In this document: one piece after another, positions 41,289 to 54,000 of the stretch
How positions within the stretch are numbered: the stretch's first letter is position 1
Layout: the number at the start of each line of letters is the position of its first letter
Source: Balanoglossus misakiensis
Taxonomy: Eukaryota > Animalia > Hemichordata
Reading direction: 5' to 3'
DNA: 64,000 nt
Assembly: GCA_040954595.2 (NCBI GenBank)
Contig: CM082576.2
Location: 4,934,760-4,998,759, forward strand
Position numbers and translations under genes: made by a program
Notes under the pieces: generated by a model
What the model saw: only the letters and a program-made list of their open reading frames with translations
Databases searched by the model: none
Told to the model about the DNA's origin: nothing

Positions 41289-44200
41289 CAAATTTCCTCT
41301 GAGGCTTTTGAAAATGAGAGTTAAGATAACAAAATCAAAGAATGATGACTTGCAAATGAATATACACTCCAAGATAACCAACGTAAATCTGACACTAGTC
41401 CTTCAGAATCAGCCAATCTGTGTGATATGGCAGGTAATGTGGGAAGGGTTCGAATTATCTCCTGTTGGTAAGAGAATTTGACTGCTTATTTGCGAGGGCT
41501 TGAGTGCAGTACAGTGATAGTGGTCTTGCAAAATCAGGATTTATTGACTAAAGTGACAGGTAAGCTTATGTTACTTGATGACAGCAATCCTGGGCAAAAA
41601 TGATGATTATCAATTGTTATCATCAATTATCAGTAAAAGTGACTCGTAAGAATCCATAATTTAGTTCTCTGCGTCCATTATAAATGATTGTCTTCAAGTT
41701 TGTCATGCACAGAAAGAAGATTAACTAGAATGTGTGGTTAATTCAGAATTGAAATTGGCTTGTTGAAAAAAAAGGAAGCTGGTGAGAATTAAGTGTTGTT
41801 TTCCTGAAATTGGCCTGTAGAGAAAAATAGCCGAATTAAGTGAAGAAGCAAAAACAGATGTAGACTGTGATTGATCTTACACTCTACCTGTTTACTCATC
41901 AAGGTATCACAAGTTTTATTTATCTACCAATTGACGCCATTTGTTATCTGAGATGCTGGGATCATTGTCACAATGCATCACGGATCAGGGGTCCCCACAC
42001 AGCAACTGTCATCATAATTCTACTCCCTAATAATATAGATCTATGATAACCCGCTTTCTTTGCCTGTGGTTAATGAGATTTCTTGTGGAATCTTTTCCCA
42101 CCAGGAATTCCAGTTGCAATGCTGCAGATTGTCGTTTTGGTGGATTTTATGGACACCACGTGTTACCCCCAGTGACAGGAGATCATATTTGTCTTGACTC
42201 TGGGCTATGACTTATTCTCCGATTTCTCCCCATGTTACAAGGTCAACCATATCTCAGGACGTGATGAATGGGCCTGTTTCCGTGGACAGTTACGAAGTCA
42301 GTTTTGTGTGCGTCGTCCGCCCTTGTTATTCACGGCGTAGACGCCGACAGAAACTACACCCCTTTACAAGTTCTTGCCTGTGCACATCCGCCTGCCAACT
42401 GGATTCAACTATGAAAGGTCATTAAGTTGTAAATCATAGAAAACGTCAGGGTGATATATCCACAACAAATAGCCATTCAGAAATCACGAATTATTGGTGC
42501 CTGATTGACAAGATGTTGACCCTTTGTTGTTCAGTTTATTGCCTTGTAAGAGAACCCTTTCACTCCCTAATTCTTCATCCCTGCGATAAATTATATGTAT
42601 GTCAGTTCAACCTCGCCATTGCAAGCAGAAGGGATAATAATAATGAGAAAAGTTTGTTTATGTGAAGAAGTTTGTGATGCAATTCATTTTTAGTTCATCC
42701 AAATTAAAGTTTTCATGTTGGATACCAATTTTTAATGGTGTTTGGATATACCGGTATTTCAAATTGACTGCACTAAGTTTTATACAAGCAGAAACAACTG
42801 GAATATGTCAAAAAGACGAAGAAAGACAATTTACTGGGTCCATGGTTGTACGTCTGTCATGTGGGCGGAGAGATCCCTCTGTTATCCTCTCATCAATTTT
42901 TATCTAAGTTGGTCAAATATATCTCCAAATAGAAACCACAGCACAATATTGGTGGCTACCACTTTGATGCGTTGGTGTACCTCAGAACCCTGATTGTCTG
43001 AGTATCAGATCTCTTTTGGAGGACACGTCGTGAGACCTGAGTACGACCTTTTTTTCAGTTTCACTCACTGATCAGTGCCCTGTACGTCCTATATTCATTC
43101 ACTACTTGGCAAGCTTATGGGTTAGAATGAAAAAGGTGACTTACGGTAATTATAGTTTTGTGGCAAATTTATATCTCTTTTATTCCTCGTTGACCTTGTA
43201 CTGCATGAAGTACGCATGAGTCGAGCTCAGTGTTGTTCAACACACAACAGAAGAAACTGTGTCAGTTTTCTTTGTGAATCGATTGCGCCTTGCCATGCTC
43301 TATATATTTTCATAGATGATAGTCGATTAGAGATAAATTTGTAATAAAGTCTGAAATATCATTTTCCCATGCAAACGGTGTGTTTTGGCAGAATGTCGAG
43401 TCACGAAATTCCACCTGAATTCTTCCCTGTTAGTTCTTTGTGTCTTGGTCACGCAGAACGAAGATACCTGCGTTCATGTGACCGGTCAGACGTTACAATG
43501 ACGCAAGAGTCGGACAAATTGATGGTAATGTTGGTCAGATGTCAAAACCAGCCACAGATAACACCACTTATCATCGAACAAGTTGTCAGAGACATGCTTG
43601 TGTCATTTATAGTCATTAAGCTCTAGTAGGTTTTTGCGTGCCTAACCACTCTTTTTAAAGCGACCAAAAACAAAGACACAGCCTGATTGACAACAACCTG
43701 CAAAGTTATATATTAATTTCAATGTGACTTTTTTTTTTCGTGTGCGGCAGTGAGCAAAATTGAGGGCGCTTCCAGTAACGTTTCCACTCTGAATCAGTCA
43801 AACCCAGTTCACTGTGTCAGTCCGTTGCATACCAGGCAGTGGATAGATTACAGTCAGGTGACTCGGAGCTCGAGACCTGCGCCCAATCATGCAACGTATT
43901 TTGCCTTTGTATGTAAATGACTGGTTGCAATTTCTGCAGAGAGGCAGGAACGTCAGGTCATTGCCTTTGCCATCCTTGTATGCCACTGTCGATTTGAAAG
44001 CACTTTTTAGAGATTTGATATTCAGTTGCCGTATATGACCAATTGTTACAGAAACTTTTCGAAACTTGGAGATATGTCTCTCTGATTTATGGTGACTTAG
44101 GGAGTCTGAGAGTAAACACGAGATAGTAGGCCTCCTATGCGCACCTTTCTTCTTTTTCGACATTTGAGGATCGACAGTCAGTGTAACCACCGACTGACTC

Positions 44201-44949
44201 AGTTGCCTAGGATTTTACACGCGAGCCAACAGCTGATACATTCTCCTAGTTCTTTAGAAAACTTCACGCTTCTGAGTTTTCTTTTCGGATTTCTTACCGG
44301 AAAAGTGCAAATTTGGGGGAGTGCGTGAACATCTCTCACCTGCAACTCAGCAGTGGATGAAAGTTTCTAGATATCAGTTGAATGGGTAGGTCTGTTTGCT
44401 AGTGCATATATGCTGTCCCATCCTTTAAAGCTTTTGAGGTTCAGAATTTTTTTTTCTGTTGTATATAATTGTACAGTATTATATCTTTTGGCGGTGTTTT
44501 TGAGTAAATAACGTTATTCAAATTCGGTCATATTCCAGAGAAACAGTAGTTTGGTACCACTATTAATGATAACGAATGACTAACAATGATACAGTTTGAA
44601 CATCAGTTAATTGCAACTATTGAGTCATTTCACAAATTAAGATTAACCTGTCGGCATTTTGATGATGCTTTCGCGCTGTAAATTATTTGTGTTCACGAGT
44701 GGAGTACATTTCATCCCCGGTCATTGAAGTTGTATACGTACATGTTCTATCAGTTAACAGTGGTGTGCGTGTGTGTGTTTTCCAATTTATCATTCCAGGG
44801 TTTGTTTATATTTGCAGAAAGACCACCGATTTCATGCTGAAGCACTCCAAAGGTCACGCAGTTGTAGACTCGTTGAAAACCCTCTGTTGTGTTGTTCGAT
44901 TTCAGGACACGCTGATGATAAAGAAGGGATATTCGCACACTGTTTTGAA

Positions 44950-45093
44950 ATGGCTGCCGATCAGGAGAACGCACCCGCCTCTAGCGGTGCCGGGGGAACG
45001 AAGAAGTCGATAAGGGAGCGCGTCCTCTGCGCTGTTTGCTCCGACACAGCCAGTGGTCGTTACTACGGAGCTATCATCTGTGAGGCCTGCAAG
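44950..45093 (+). CDS. 2DBD-NR coding exon 1: short A/B region plus first zinc finger of DBD1 (MAADQEN...[22 protein letters not shown])
   Basis: C-x2-C-x13-C-x2-C finger. ATG in GAAATGG context. Donor AAG|GTAAGC at 45093/45094. Acceptor TTTCAG ends at 44905, so the exon starts at 44906 with an open frame before the ATG. Confidence 0.92.
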
Positions 45094-48000
45094 GTAAGCA
45101 TATAGACCCGGCCGCGGCCGAAAGCTCCGTATCATGCAAGGCTGGGTCGTTTCCGGGTATCCGTGACTGTCGGTGCCGGATGCTGCTTGCAAGCGGGATA
45201 GACTCGTGAAAACATCTGGCCCATATCTTCTAACCGCGGAGTGAAACTGGTTTACACAGCGGGGCCGTTTATTCAATTGTTTTACTCTTGCATTCACCCC
45301 TCACCTTACTTTCTGCAAGGCACTGTAGCTTCAGAAAACAAAATCATTCATCATTCTGTTCTTAAATTTTTATAATTAAAACAAACAGCTGTTTGATATT
45401 AATCTGAGTTTCATAATTTTTGTAGAACCATTGTAATGTTTATTTCCAATCAGGATGTACAAAAATTTTCATGCCTGTTTTCTTCATCTAAATGTTCAAA
45501 ATACTCTATAAATGTAGTTGCGACTATAGCAGTGTCTATCAGTGATAGTGAGAACTGATTTATTGAAATAAATTGGTAGTCATTAGTGTCAGACAGGCCT
45601 GGGTCTATAGAATCTCCTAGAATACATCCTGAGCTTGCCGGAGGCAAAGCTGTCAGAACAGAAAAACAACAATGTTTTGTGATCCATCCTAAGATGATTT
45701 CACATTGATTTTAATACATATTTTGATTAGTTTGTATTTGTTTGTTTGTAGATGCAAAAGTTTTAGCAAACCTTGAACATTCCACATTTTCTGTTTAACT
45801 GCGCAGCATGCCAGGAAACGAGGAGTAGGACAACTCCTATGCCTGCTAATGTCTTTCAGTTAGTATGCAGGCCACAAATACTAAAAGCGTTGATGGAGTT
45901 CTTTTCAAAAATGAAAAAGTTTTCACACGTGTGCCACTTGTATATGTCTTTCTAGTATGACATTTAAATTACTGGTTTCAGACTTGAACAATTAACATTA
46001 TAACTCACTCTAAGTAACCTAAGTTGAATTGCCTCCCTTCAATGTGAAAATGCTTGTCATTACTGTAATAGATGTCTTAGCATCACATAATTCTTATGTA
46101 ATTCTTCCTATGTGGGCTTCTTCGACTTTTGACTGATTTTGCCATGGACACATAACAAACTATAAATCTTGGGTTTTATTGTCTCATGCATTTGTTGTTG
46201 TTTACAAGAATTTCTCGGTGGTAAAAGTGGCAATAGAAACACAGGCCTCTCCAAACACTGGTACCCGTCACTCTAGTGAACAGCAGTTGTACGTACACAC
46301 GCAGCCTGAAGCGAACGCCAAGTCAGATTGCGATGTGACGTCCACTGCAGCGGAGTGAACAGGGCAAGACAGCTGTAGGGACATTATTTACCGATGATTG
46401 CCAATGTTTTGTGCGATGTTTTCATAGTAATGGCCATAAATCATGACTGTCTGATGATGAGAGGGCTGTACGGTCACGTATCCTTCATCATAAATTTGAG
46501 ATGTTTGCAATGTGGCCAGCCATGCATACAACGTCCAGACTTCCTGTACCACAGCCCTTTGTAAGGGACTATACTTCACCAATGTTACCTCCCCTCCATG
46601 GAATGCGAAGGTCCCCAAACATACTCAGATTTTTTTTCCACTTTTTTTTTTTTTTGCATTTGTGGACCTTCGGTGATGTCAAGGACAGAATTTCAGTTTC
46701 ATTGTAATTGCTTTCTCAAAAGTCAAGGTAACATTCAGATATCAGACACAGACACGCATTCCCAGTCAGATGGCTTCTAAACTATTGTATATGTTACACA
46801 ATTTATTGCTAATAGCTCTGGGATCTGGTAACATAGCTCATGCAGCGTACATATTTTCCCTTTAAAAATAGTCACTCGTTGATCAAAATAGAGGCAAAAT
46901 ATTACAGCAGTTGTTGAATTATTCACACACTGACGTAGTTTTTCAGGTCTTTCTGGTAATATGGTGAATAAATTTACTTCTGAAAATATTTATAGCCTTG
47001 CTGATATTTTATCATGATTCTTGATCGGCATTTCATCATTAGTAAAGCGTATACTTTGGAATTCAATCTCCCTTACATGGAAAGAAAAAACTGAAATATT
47101 GCTCTTTCAGTAATTTCAATGTAGTGAGCGAGCGCATTGTGTACATATATTAGAGTTGTCTCCGCCCAGTGTCCCGGGAAGTATGTCAGTAGGACAAATT
47201 CAGTGAAAGTGTTTTATTTCAGTTTAAGGTACATGCAGTTTGCACCTCTGAAATCAAAGTGGTAAACTTTTTCTCGTGTTTTTGCTCTCAAGACAAGGTT
47301 AGAACATATTCTCCCCTAAAATGCATGTGCTACAAAATTCATCATTTTCACCATTTGTCAAAAGTTAATTATTTCTGAACAGGCGACCTTCTAAGGATTG
47401 ATCAGTCACAGGAAATACTTTTCCTCGTCTTTCAATCACCAGCCGTCATCAAGAATGAACTTGGAATGGAACGGACGGGGTGAGGTGTAATGTGCCCTCT
47501 CAACTGCCCTACTTTTTCCCCAAGCAAAAATTTAGCTAGAAATGGGTCATGATACTTGTGCCCCTGGTTTCTAGAAGCAGGTCACCTTCTTAAGTTTCCT
47601 TTGTTCATATGAAATCATTTGCAAATTTCAAGAGTTTGTCCCTCTCTCTACTAAGTTTGGGATAGAGGGTTTGCATCGCTGCACACCTCTGTCTCAAATC
47701 TACCAGAATATCCCAACACCCACACACATACATGTATGGCACACTTGGACATAACTGTGAATTGATGCCAAAATGATAGAAATAATTGTGCTTTTGACAT
47801 CTGATTAACAGGGGAATGTGATAAGACTTTATATTTAGTATTATTTTGCCCACATAGGTATGACCTGACACATGCTTCGTGCCAGGTGTTATTAATTCCG
47901 TCATCAGTCAGGAATATAGAATGCAGAATAATGGCAAGTAAACAGAAAGCTTAGGAATGGCTTTGGTCTTGAAATGAATGATGTTGTTTTTGACAGGACA

Positions 48001-51000
48001 ATTAATTGAACAGATGACCTAGAAAGCCCCAACATTCTCAATAGTCATAAAACCTGACATGTAGAAACAGCTAGCCGTATTGCTCAGGATTGTCAAAATC
48101 ACCACAACAAATATTTCATTTAATTCCTTATGGGAAGAAAGGTGAACGAGGCAGTGGCAGCAATTACACACAGATAAACACTTGCCGATCGAGTTGAATT
48201 TCTTGAGAACCGAATTATGATGTGTATAGATGCAGTAGTAGGCTCTTGTGTGTTCTGAAAGCCACTTAAAAAAGTGTAAGGACTAGCTGTTGCTTAGCTA
48301 TAAACACAACTGCTTGTTTGTATTCAGCAGACAGGCTGCAATGCATGTTGGGTAACCGCGTTTACCCTGTCAGACCCTCCCGATTGGCAACCGTGTTTAA
48401 GTTGTGCCTGCTTCCCTACATATTTCACTCTTGTAACAGTTTCAGGTGCATGTTTTGACTCCTCTCTCATTGTTTGGACGATTTGGCCTTGTCATTTACA
48501 CACAAATACCTTTGTTATGATTGTCTAGGATGCTCTCAAAAGAATTCAGATTGCCACAGTTGCAGTTTGCTACAATGAGACCTAGCAATCACTCAATCAG
48601 CTTTGAAGGATTTGTGAAATAACACAGTTGATTCACAAAACAACATAGCAATAAAATAATCAAAAGTCACAGCTATTAAAAGGTTTCTGGGTGAAAGTTC
48701 CAGTAGGCAATAAACACTCCCACCACTTACAATATGAAACAACCCATGTTTGTTCAATAGCACGGGTGAAACCATATGCAAGAAAATAGGGATGTATGGG
48801 AGGGGGAAGACTTTTTTGTTTTGAATTGATTGTGTATCAAATTAGGCACTTTCAGTGGAACATATGGTGTATTTCCCTACGCTGCTTAAGGACTAGTGAT
48901 TTTCATACATGTTTGTTTCGTGTACTGTAGAATTTGTAGGTCAGAGAGAAAAGAGTAATTGACCCAAAGGGGAAAAACTGACAAATTATTCATGATCACA
49001 TTTATGCAAAGGTTCGTTTTTGACTTTTTGATGATTTTATTCATCTAAATCCATGCAATGTCAAGTAACTAAAAGTTGACTATAAACAGGCAGTTTACAT
49101 GTTTTTACGAGATGTTCATTTTATGAATATGTTTTTTTTACGGGAACTGCTTGCCCTTTTTTATTGCTGCTATTAAAGTCTGAAGAAAGAGATCAGGGCA
49201 CTTGTTGAATTGCCATGCCGCCGGAAAAAAACATGTTCCCGCTAATCTGGATGTAAATTTGGTCATTATCGTTCTCTGGGAAATCAACACATGGATTTAC
49301 TTTATAGGTGAGAAATCATAAGACTCACAGGTACGCAAGCAGCACAAACAAGCCTCCTTTTCCCGTCCACCAACAAGGCACACACACAGACAAACACACT
49401 GTATAGGTTCTGATTTGCTGACGAGTATACTGCTCGGTCTTAAAGAAGTGTTTGTCCGTATGACGTTCTGATTTATTAAAATTTGACATGCATGCAGGCG
49501 CGCATAAATTGAAACCAGTCTGTCAGCTGTCAAGCCCTGTTGATCTGTTCCCAGAGGAGTTGTAAATTCTCTTGTGAAGTTTGGATGATCGATGACCCCT
49601 TGCGCCTTGTTGGGTACTTCGACAGCTCCGGCGAAATGCTGGCGATGCTGATTGAAAGATGGTCGGACAGGTTACACACAAGAATGCACACGCTTGCGTG
49701 CCACCGTGACCCCTTGACAGTGGGAACCAATTCCCCAATTTCAACCAAAAATATCCTTGAGGGGATGTCGGAATTTGAAGATCTGTGTGGTGGATGAGAA
49801 CCGACTCGACTGACCACCACCGAGTGTCAAATGCACACTCTCAAAGTAACAAATCAAATTTCATCGACAACTTGCAGCTTAAAATTCATCTGTGTGTCGT
49901 CTTGACATCTGCTTCTCAGTTCGTCAGGACAGAGTTCCATCTTCATGTTTTGTAAAGGCACATAACTGTTAACTGCAACATTTTAATATTCCCAAACGTT
50001 TTCTTTTTTCATCAGGCACTTTCATTTTCACTGCAAAATCGTTAGCCTGTCGGGCTGTAGCTTGATTCAGTGGAAGGTACTATACACCATGCTTCGATAT
50101 GGTCCGTTGTTTTTCCTTTCAGAGAGAGAATTCTCAGCATGCAAATAAGCTCCTTTGCCAAAAATGCATTGGAGCCAAATACTTCAAATGCCATCGTCCC
50201 TTCCCCTAGTCGAAAAAAACAGAAACAAGCCAAAAATGAAGGATGGATTTCTCATTGCGTTCGGGTGACAAGTGACAAAAAAGGAGAGGGGGGGGGGGGG
50301 GGGGAAACAACAAGGCGATCGGTTGATGATGATGGAATGACATCTGTGAAAGTGGACCAGAAGTGGGGTACCCTGTAGGCCAAAAGTCTCATTTATTGTG
50401 GCCCATTGATACGGGGGCGCAAACAAGTGATCCTTTACCGCTGGCTATTTGGTGAATACATCCACACCCGTCCACTAACGTGTCATCTAATATAAAGTGC
50501 CTCAACACGACTACTTGGGCCCTAAGAATTCAAACTATCATTGGAAGTGACAGGACAATTAGTAAGCTGTTCTCCCCGTGTCACTCATTGTTATAGATGT
50601 AACTGAAGGCTTGTACCAGTTGTAGACAGAGATTGATGAAAGAAAGACCAAGCGAATACCAATGCAGGGTTCGTCTGTCCTTTCTGCACCCAGGCATAGA
50701 TTTTCTTCTGATTCTAAATTACCAAAAATACATGTAAAGTGTGAAACTTGCTCATTTGTGTGATGACACTCAGACAGGTACATACATGTAGCATATGGCC
50801 AATAAAAAGGACTATACAGTGGGTACTTTGGTATAAAACTTTTCCTGATACATATACCATCCCAACTGGTTAAAAGTTAAAATTGATGATGTGCATACAA
50901 GATAGATGGATGACTTGGAAATGTCTATAGCTGGGACCAACCAGGGACGTACACTGGCTTCTTTTGTTGTCCCCCCATTGTATGCTTTGTATCAAAACCC

Positions 51001-54000
51001 TGACAGCTTCCACCCCTCCCCCGCTATGAACTGTCTATCACAGTGATTGATTCGCAACACACTCAGCTGAAACTGACAGTAATTTGTAGTGTGTTTTGCC
51101 TGAGTTTTTCCCCCAAGAAGTCACCCCCCAACCCTCCCGTAGAAATATGCATGTGATGTGTGTGTTATGCCAACCCCTCCACCGGAGGCAAACCTGATGT
51201 GTGTCAGTGGAGCCGAGACATTTACATATCACCTCAGCTGGTGAAGTATGTAACGAGTACATGATCTCCCTAGAGATGCATTCCCTTCTTAGCCGTTTCT
51301 GGCCTTCCACACCACGGCCAATACATCACACAATTACACCAATTGGGATCAACAGAGGGAAAATTTGATTTGCTTGTTTTTTGTTGGGCAGCCAGGCTGA
51401 TCTGATGAATTGGTTTCTGACACTGTGCTTGCACCAACCCAATTGGCCTATCCCATAATTGCTCACAATTGACACCGCGATGGCTTTAACAGACAGACCA
51501 GCTGGTGGTACAACCAGTGCTCTCAGTCTGAGACGCTGTAAACAATAGTTCTCCCAACTTCGATTGTGTTTAATACATGCAAATCCGGGCTATCAGTGTC
51601 ATTTTGTAGTCTGGTCTTTTTGCCGAAATTGTTCAGACAGAAATCAGAAACCCCATTGGAGTCATATCATTTGCATGGTAGGCGGAGAGGGGATCATATG
51701 AGGCTTTCAGTTGCACATGAATGCTGCTTTAAAGCCTTGAGGCGAATTCCCCTATGTCATGTACCAGACCTTGTCACCTGTTTGCGATTATCAGTTTCTT
51801 AAACACGTCTGTTTTGTCTCACAGTATCCCAGTGAAGCTAATTATAGTAATCATCAGAGACTTTTTGGTCTTTTGACTGGAGGGTCTCTGTGTCTGAAAT
51901 TAATCATTCAGATTCATTCGGACTTGAATTTATTGAATTGGATATGGCTAGGTTCAGTCAGAAAAACAAGAATGGCAAACTTGCGTGGTCTCTGGAATTA
52001 AATTCACCTGGAGTGCGCTTGTTCCTCAAGTGTTATGAGAAAAACACAATTTTGAAAGACCAGTGAAGTGCCAACCAATGTAAAATATGCATACCAAAAA
52101 TTTTCCCTGGGGGGTTTGGTGGGTAGAAGAGAGACAAAAGTCATATTACTGGCAAAGAATCAAGCAGATTGTGCATTTTATATATAAGTACCATAGATAA
52201 TTTTCCAGGAAGTGAAATTTTTGTCTTTTTTGTCTTCAGATTTTCTTCATACGGAGCACAAGAAAAGGAGAACCAGAGTTTGTGTGTGCCAATGGACAAA
52301 GATGTGAAATAACACCAACTACAAGGCTTCTGTGTCAGGCCTGTCGATTCAGAAAATGTATCGCTGTTGGCATGTGCAGGAAAGGTGAGAATAGTCTAGC
52401 CGTTTTTGGGCGATGACTGAATATATTTCTTTGTCATTTCAAATTCTTAAAATATCAGCCATTATATAGGTAATCACTTTATCAGAGGTGTCAAGAAAGC
52501 TATTGACAGTTATGTTTAAATAAGATTGCTTATCAAATGTACAGCTTAGATCTTGTATATCAGGGAGTGAGCCAGAGGTTTTCACATTGGTTGAAGCATC
52601 TGTGCACCTGGTTTGGCAAAAAAGGTGACCAATCAGAGAAACATGTACTACTCTTTCACTTTACACTCTACAGGTTTGCAACAGTAACTTTACTAAAGAA
52701 CACATGGCTAAACAGTGGTTTTCTGGCATGTAGCTTATGCTCATGTATGTCAAATGTATATTAACAGGAGTGTTTAATTTTTTTACCCATCAGAAAAAAC
52801 ACCCCGAAGACCTACACCAGACCAGATCCTTTGTCGTGTGTGTTTAGATGTATCATCTGGGATCCATTTTGGTGTATACACCTGTGAAGGCTGTAAGGTG
52901 AGCAAATAGGGACGGCAATACCCAATAGAATCAGTAAACTTGGGATCTAATAAAAAACTGGTCAATTCTTTGATTTCTTTCTAAGTTTTGACAAAACCTG
53001 CTGGTCTCATTTTAGTAACTTTGTTTTTTGTTTCAAGGCCCTTCACTGGTGTCAGAATAAACTGTAACAGTGTTACACATAATAATAAGTAAATAGGTAA
53101 ATATGTGAAGAAAGAAGAAACCATAATATTTTAAACAAATGTGACTTTTCTTTTTTGTTTCTACAGGGTTTCTTTCGGCGCAGTTCCAATTCCGGGGATC
53201 ATGTGAATTATAAATGCCAAGGCAACCGAGACTGTGAAATAACACCGACCACTCGCAATCTCTGTCGATATTGTCGATACCACAAATGTCTTGCCGAAGG
53301 AATGTCTCGCGATAGTAAGACATCTAACTCTATGAGTAATTATTAATTTTTTATTAGTTCCTTCTTTTTTTCTGACTTTATTTTATTTGTGCATGTGTGT
53401 ATGCCACTGTTTTAGTTTGTGATGTTAAAACTATAACACAGCTTGATACTAATGATCTTGTTCCTAATTATGCTTGAGTTTTTCATATGTTTCAGCTTAT
53501 GGCTGTCTCTCTACTCTTAGTTTTTCTTTGTACAGGTATAGTCTTGTAGTTTTATAAGTGATGATTTTAGCGGAAGAAGGGAAAAAATACATGCCCTTGT
53601 AGTGTGTGTGATGGGTTTGAACAGAACTGAAAGAGAGAGAGTATTTATTAAATGTATCACTCAAGTCCTAAAATGCTGAAATATTGTTCCACTTTAATGT
53701 GATGTAACTTTTTTTGTGAAGTAATCATTGGAATTTTCACCTATACAATTTTGGCCATTCTCTCAAGCATCCATTCCATCTCACCTTGACCTCATGGCTC
53801 AAATGCTTCAAATTGTTTTGACCACAAATGACAACACTGGGAAGGTCATTTGGGGTCATCAGGCCTTATCTTTGTACAGAAAAAAAAATGTGGGATTCTC
53901 ATATCTCAAACATGCTGTTTACAATGCAATCTCAAAAAAATTTGATTTTGTGATATGAATGTTGATATTATTGGCGCACCCCAAACCTCAGACAGGTTGG

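Noticed and set aside
41485-41510. TGCGAGGGC (CEG) as a possible third DBD exon
   Set aside because: Reads CEGL, lacks the other cysteines and has no matching splice sites. No third DBD was found by eye upstream or in the 7-kb intron.
48886-48905. Partial resemblance to mature miR-7 (GACTAGTGATTTT)
   Set aside because: The seed region does not match and no precursor hairpin is evident. No other conserved bilaterian miRNA was recognised by eye.
52201-52239. Alternative acceptor TTTTCCAG at 52208
   Set aside because: It is 31 nt upstream of the used acceptor and would shift the frame.
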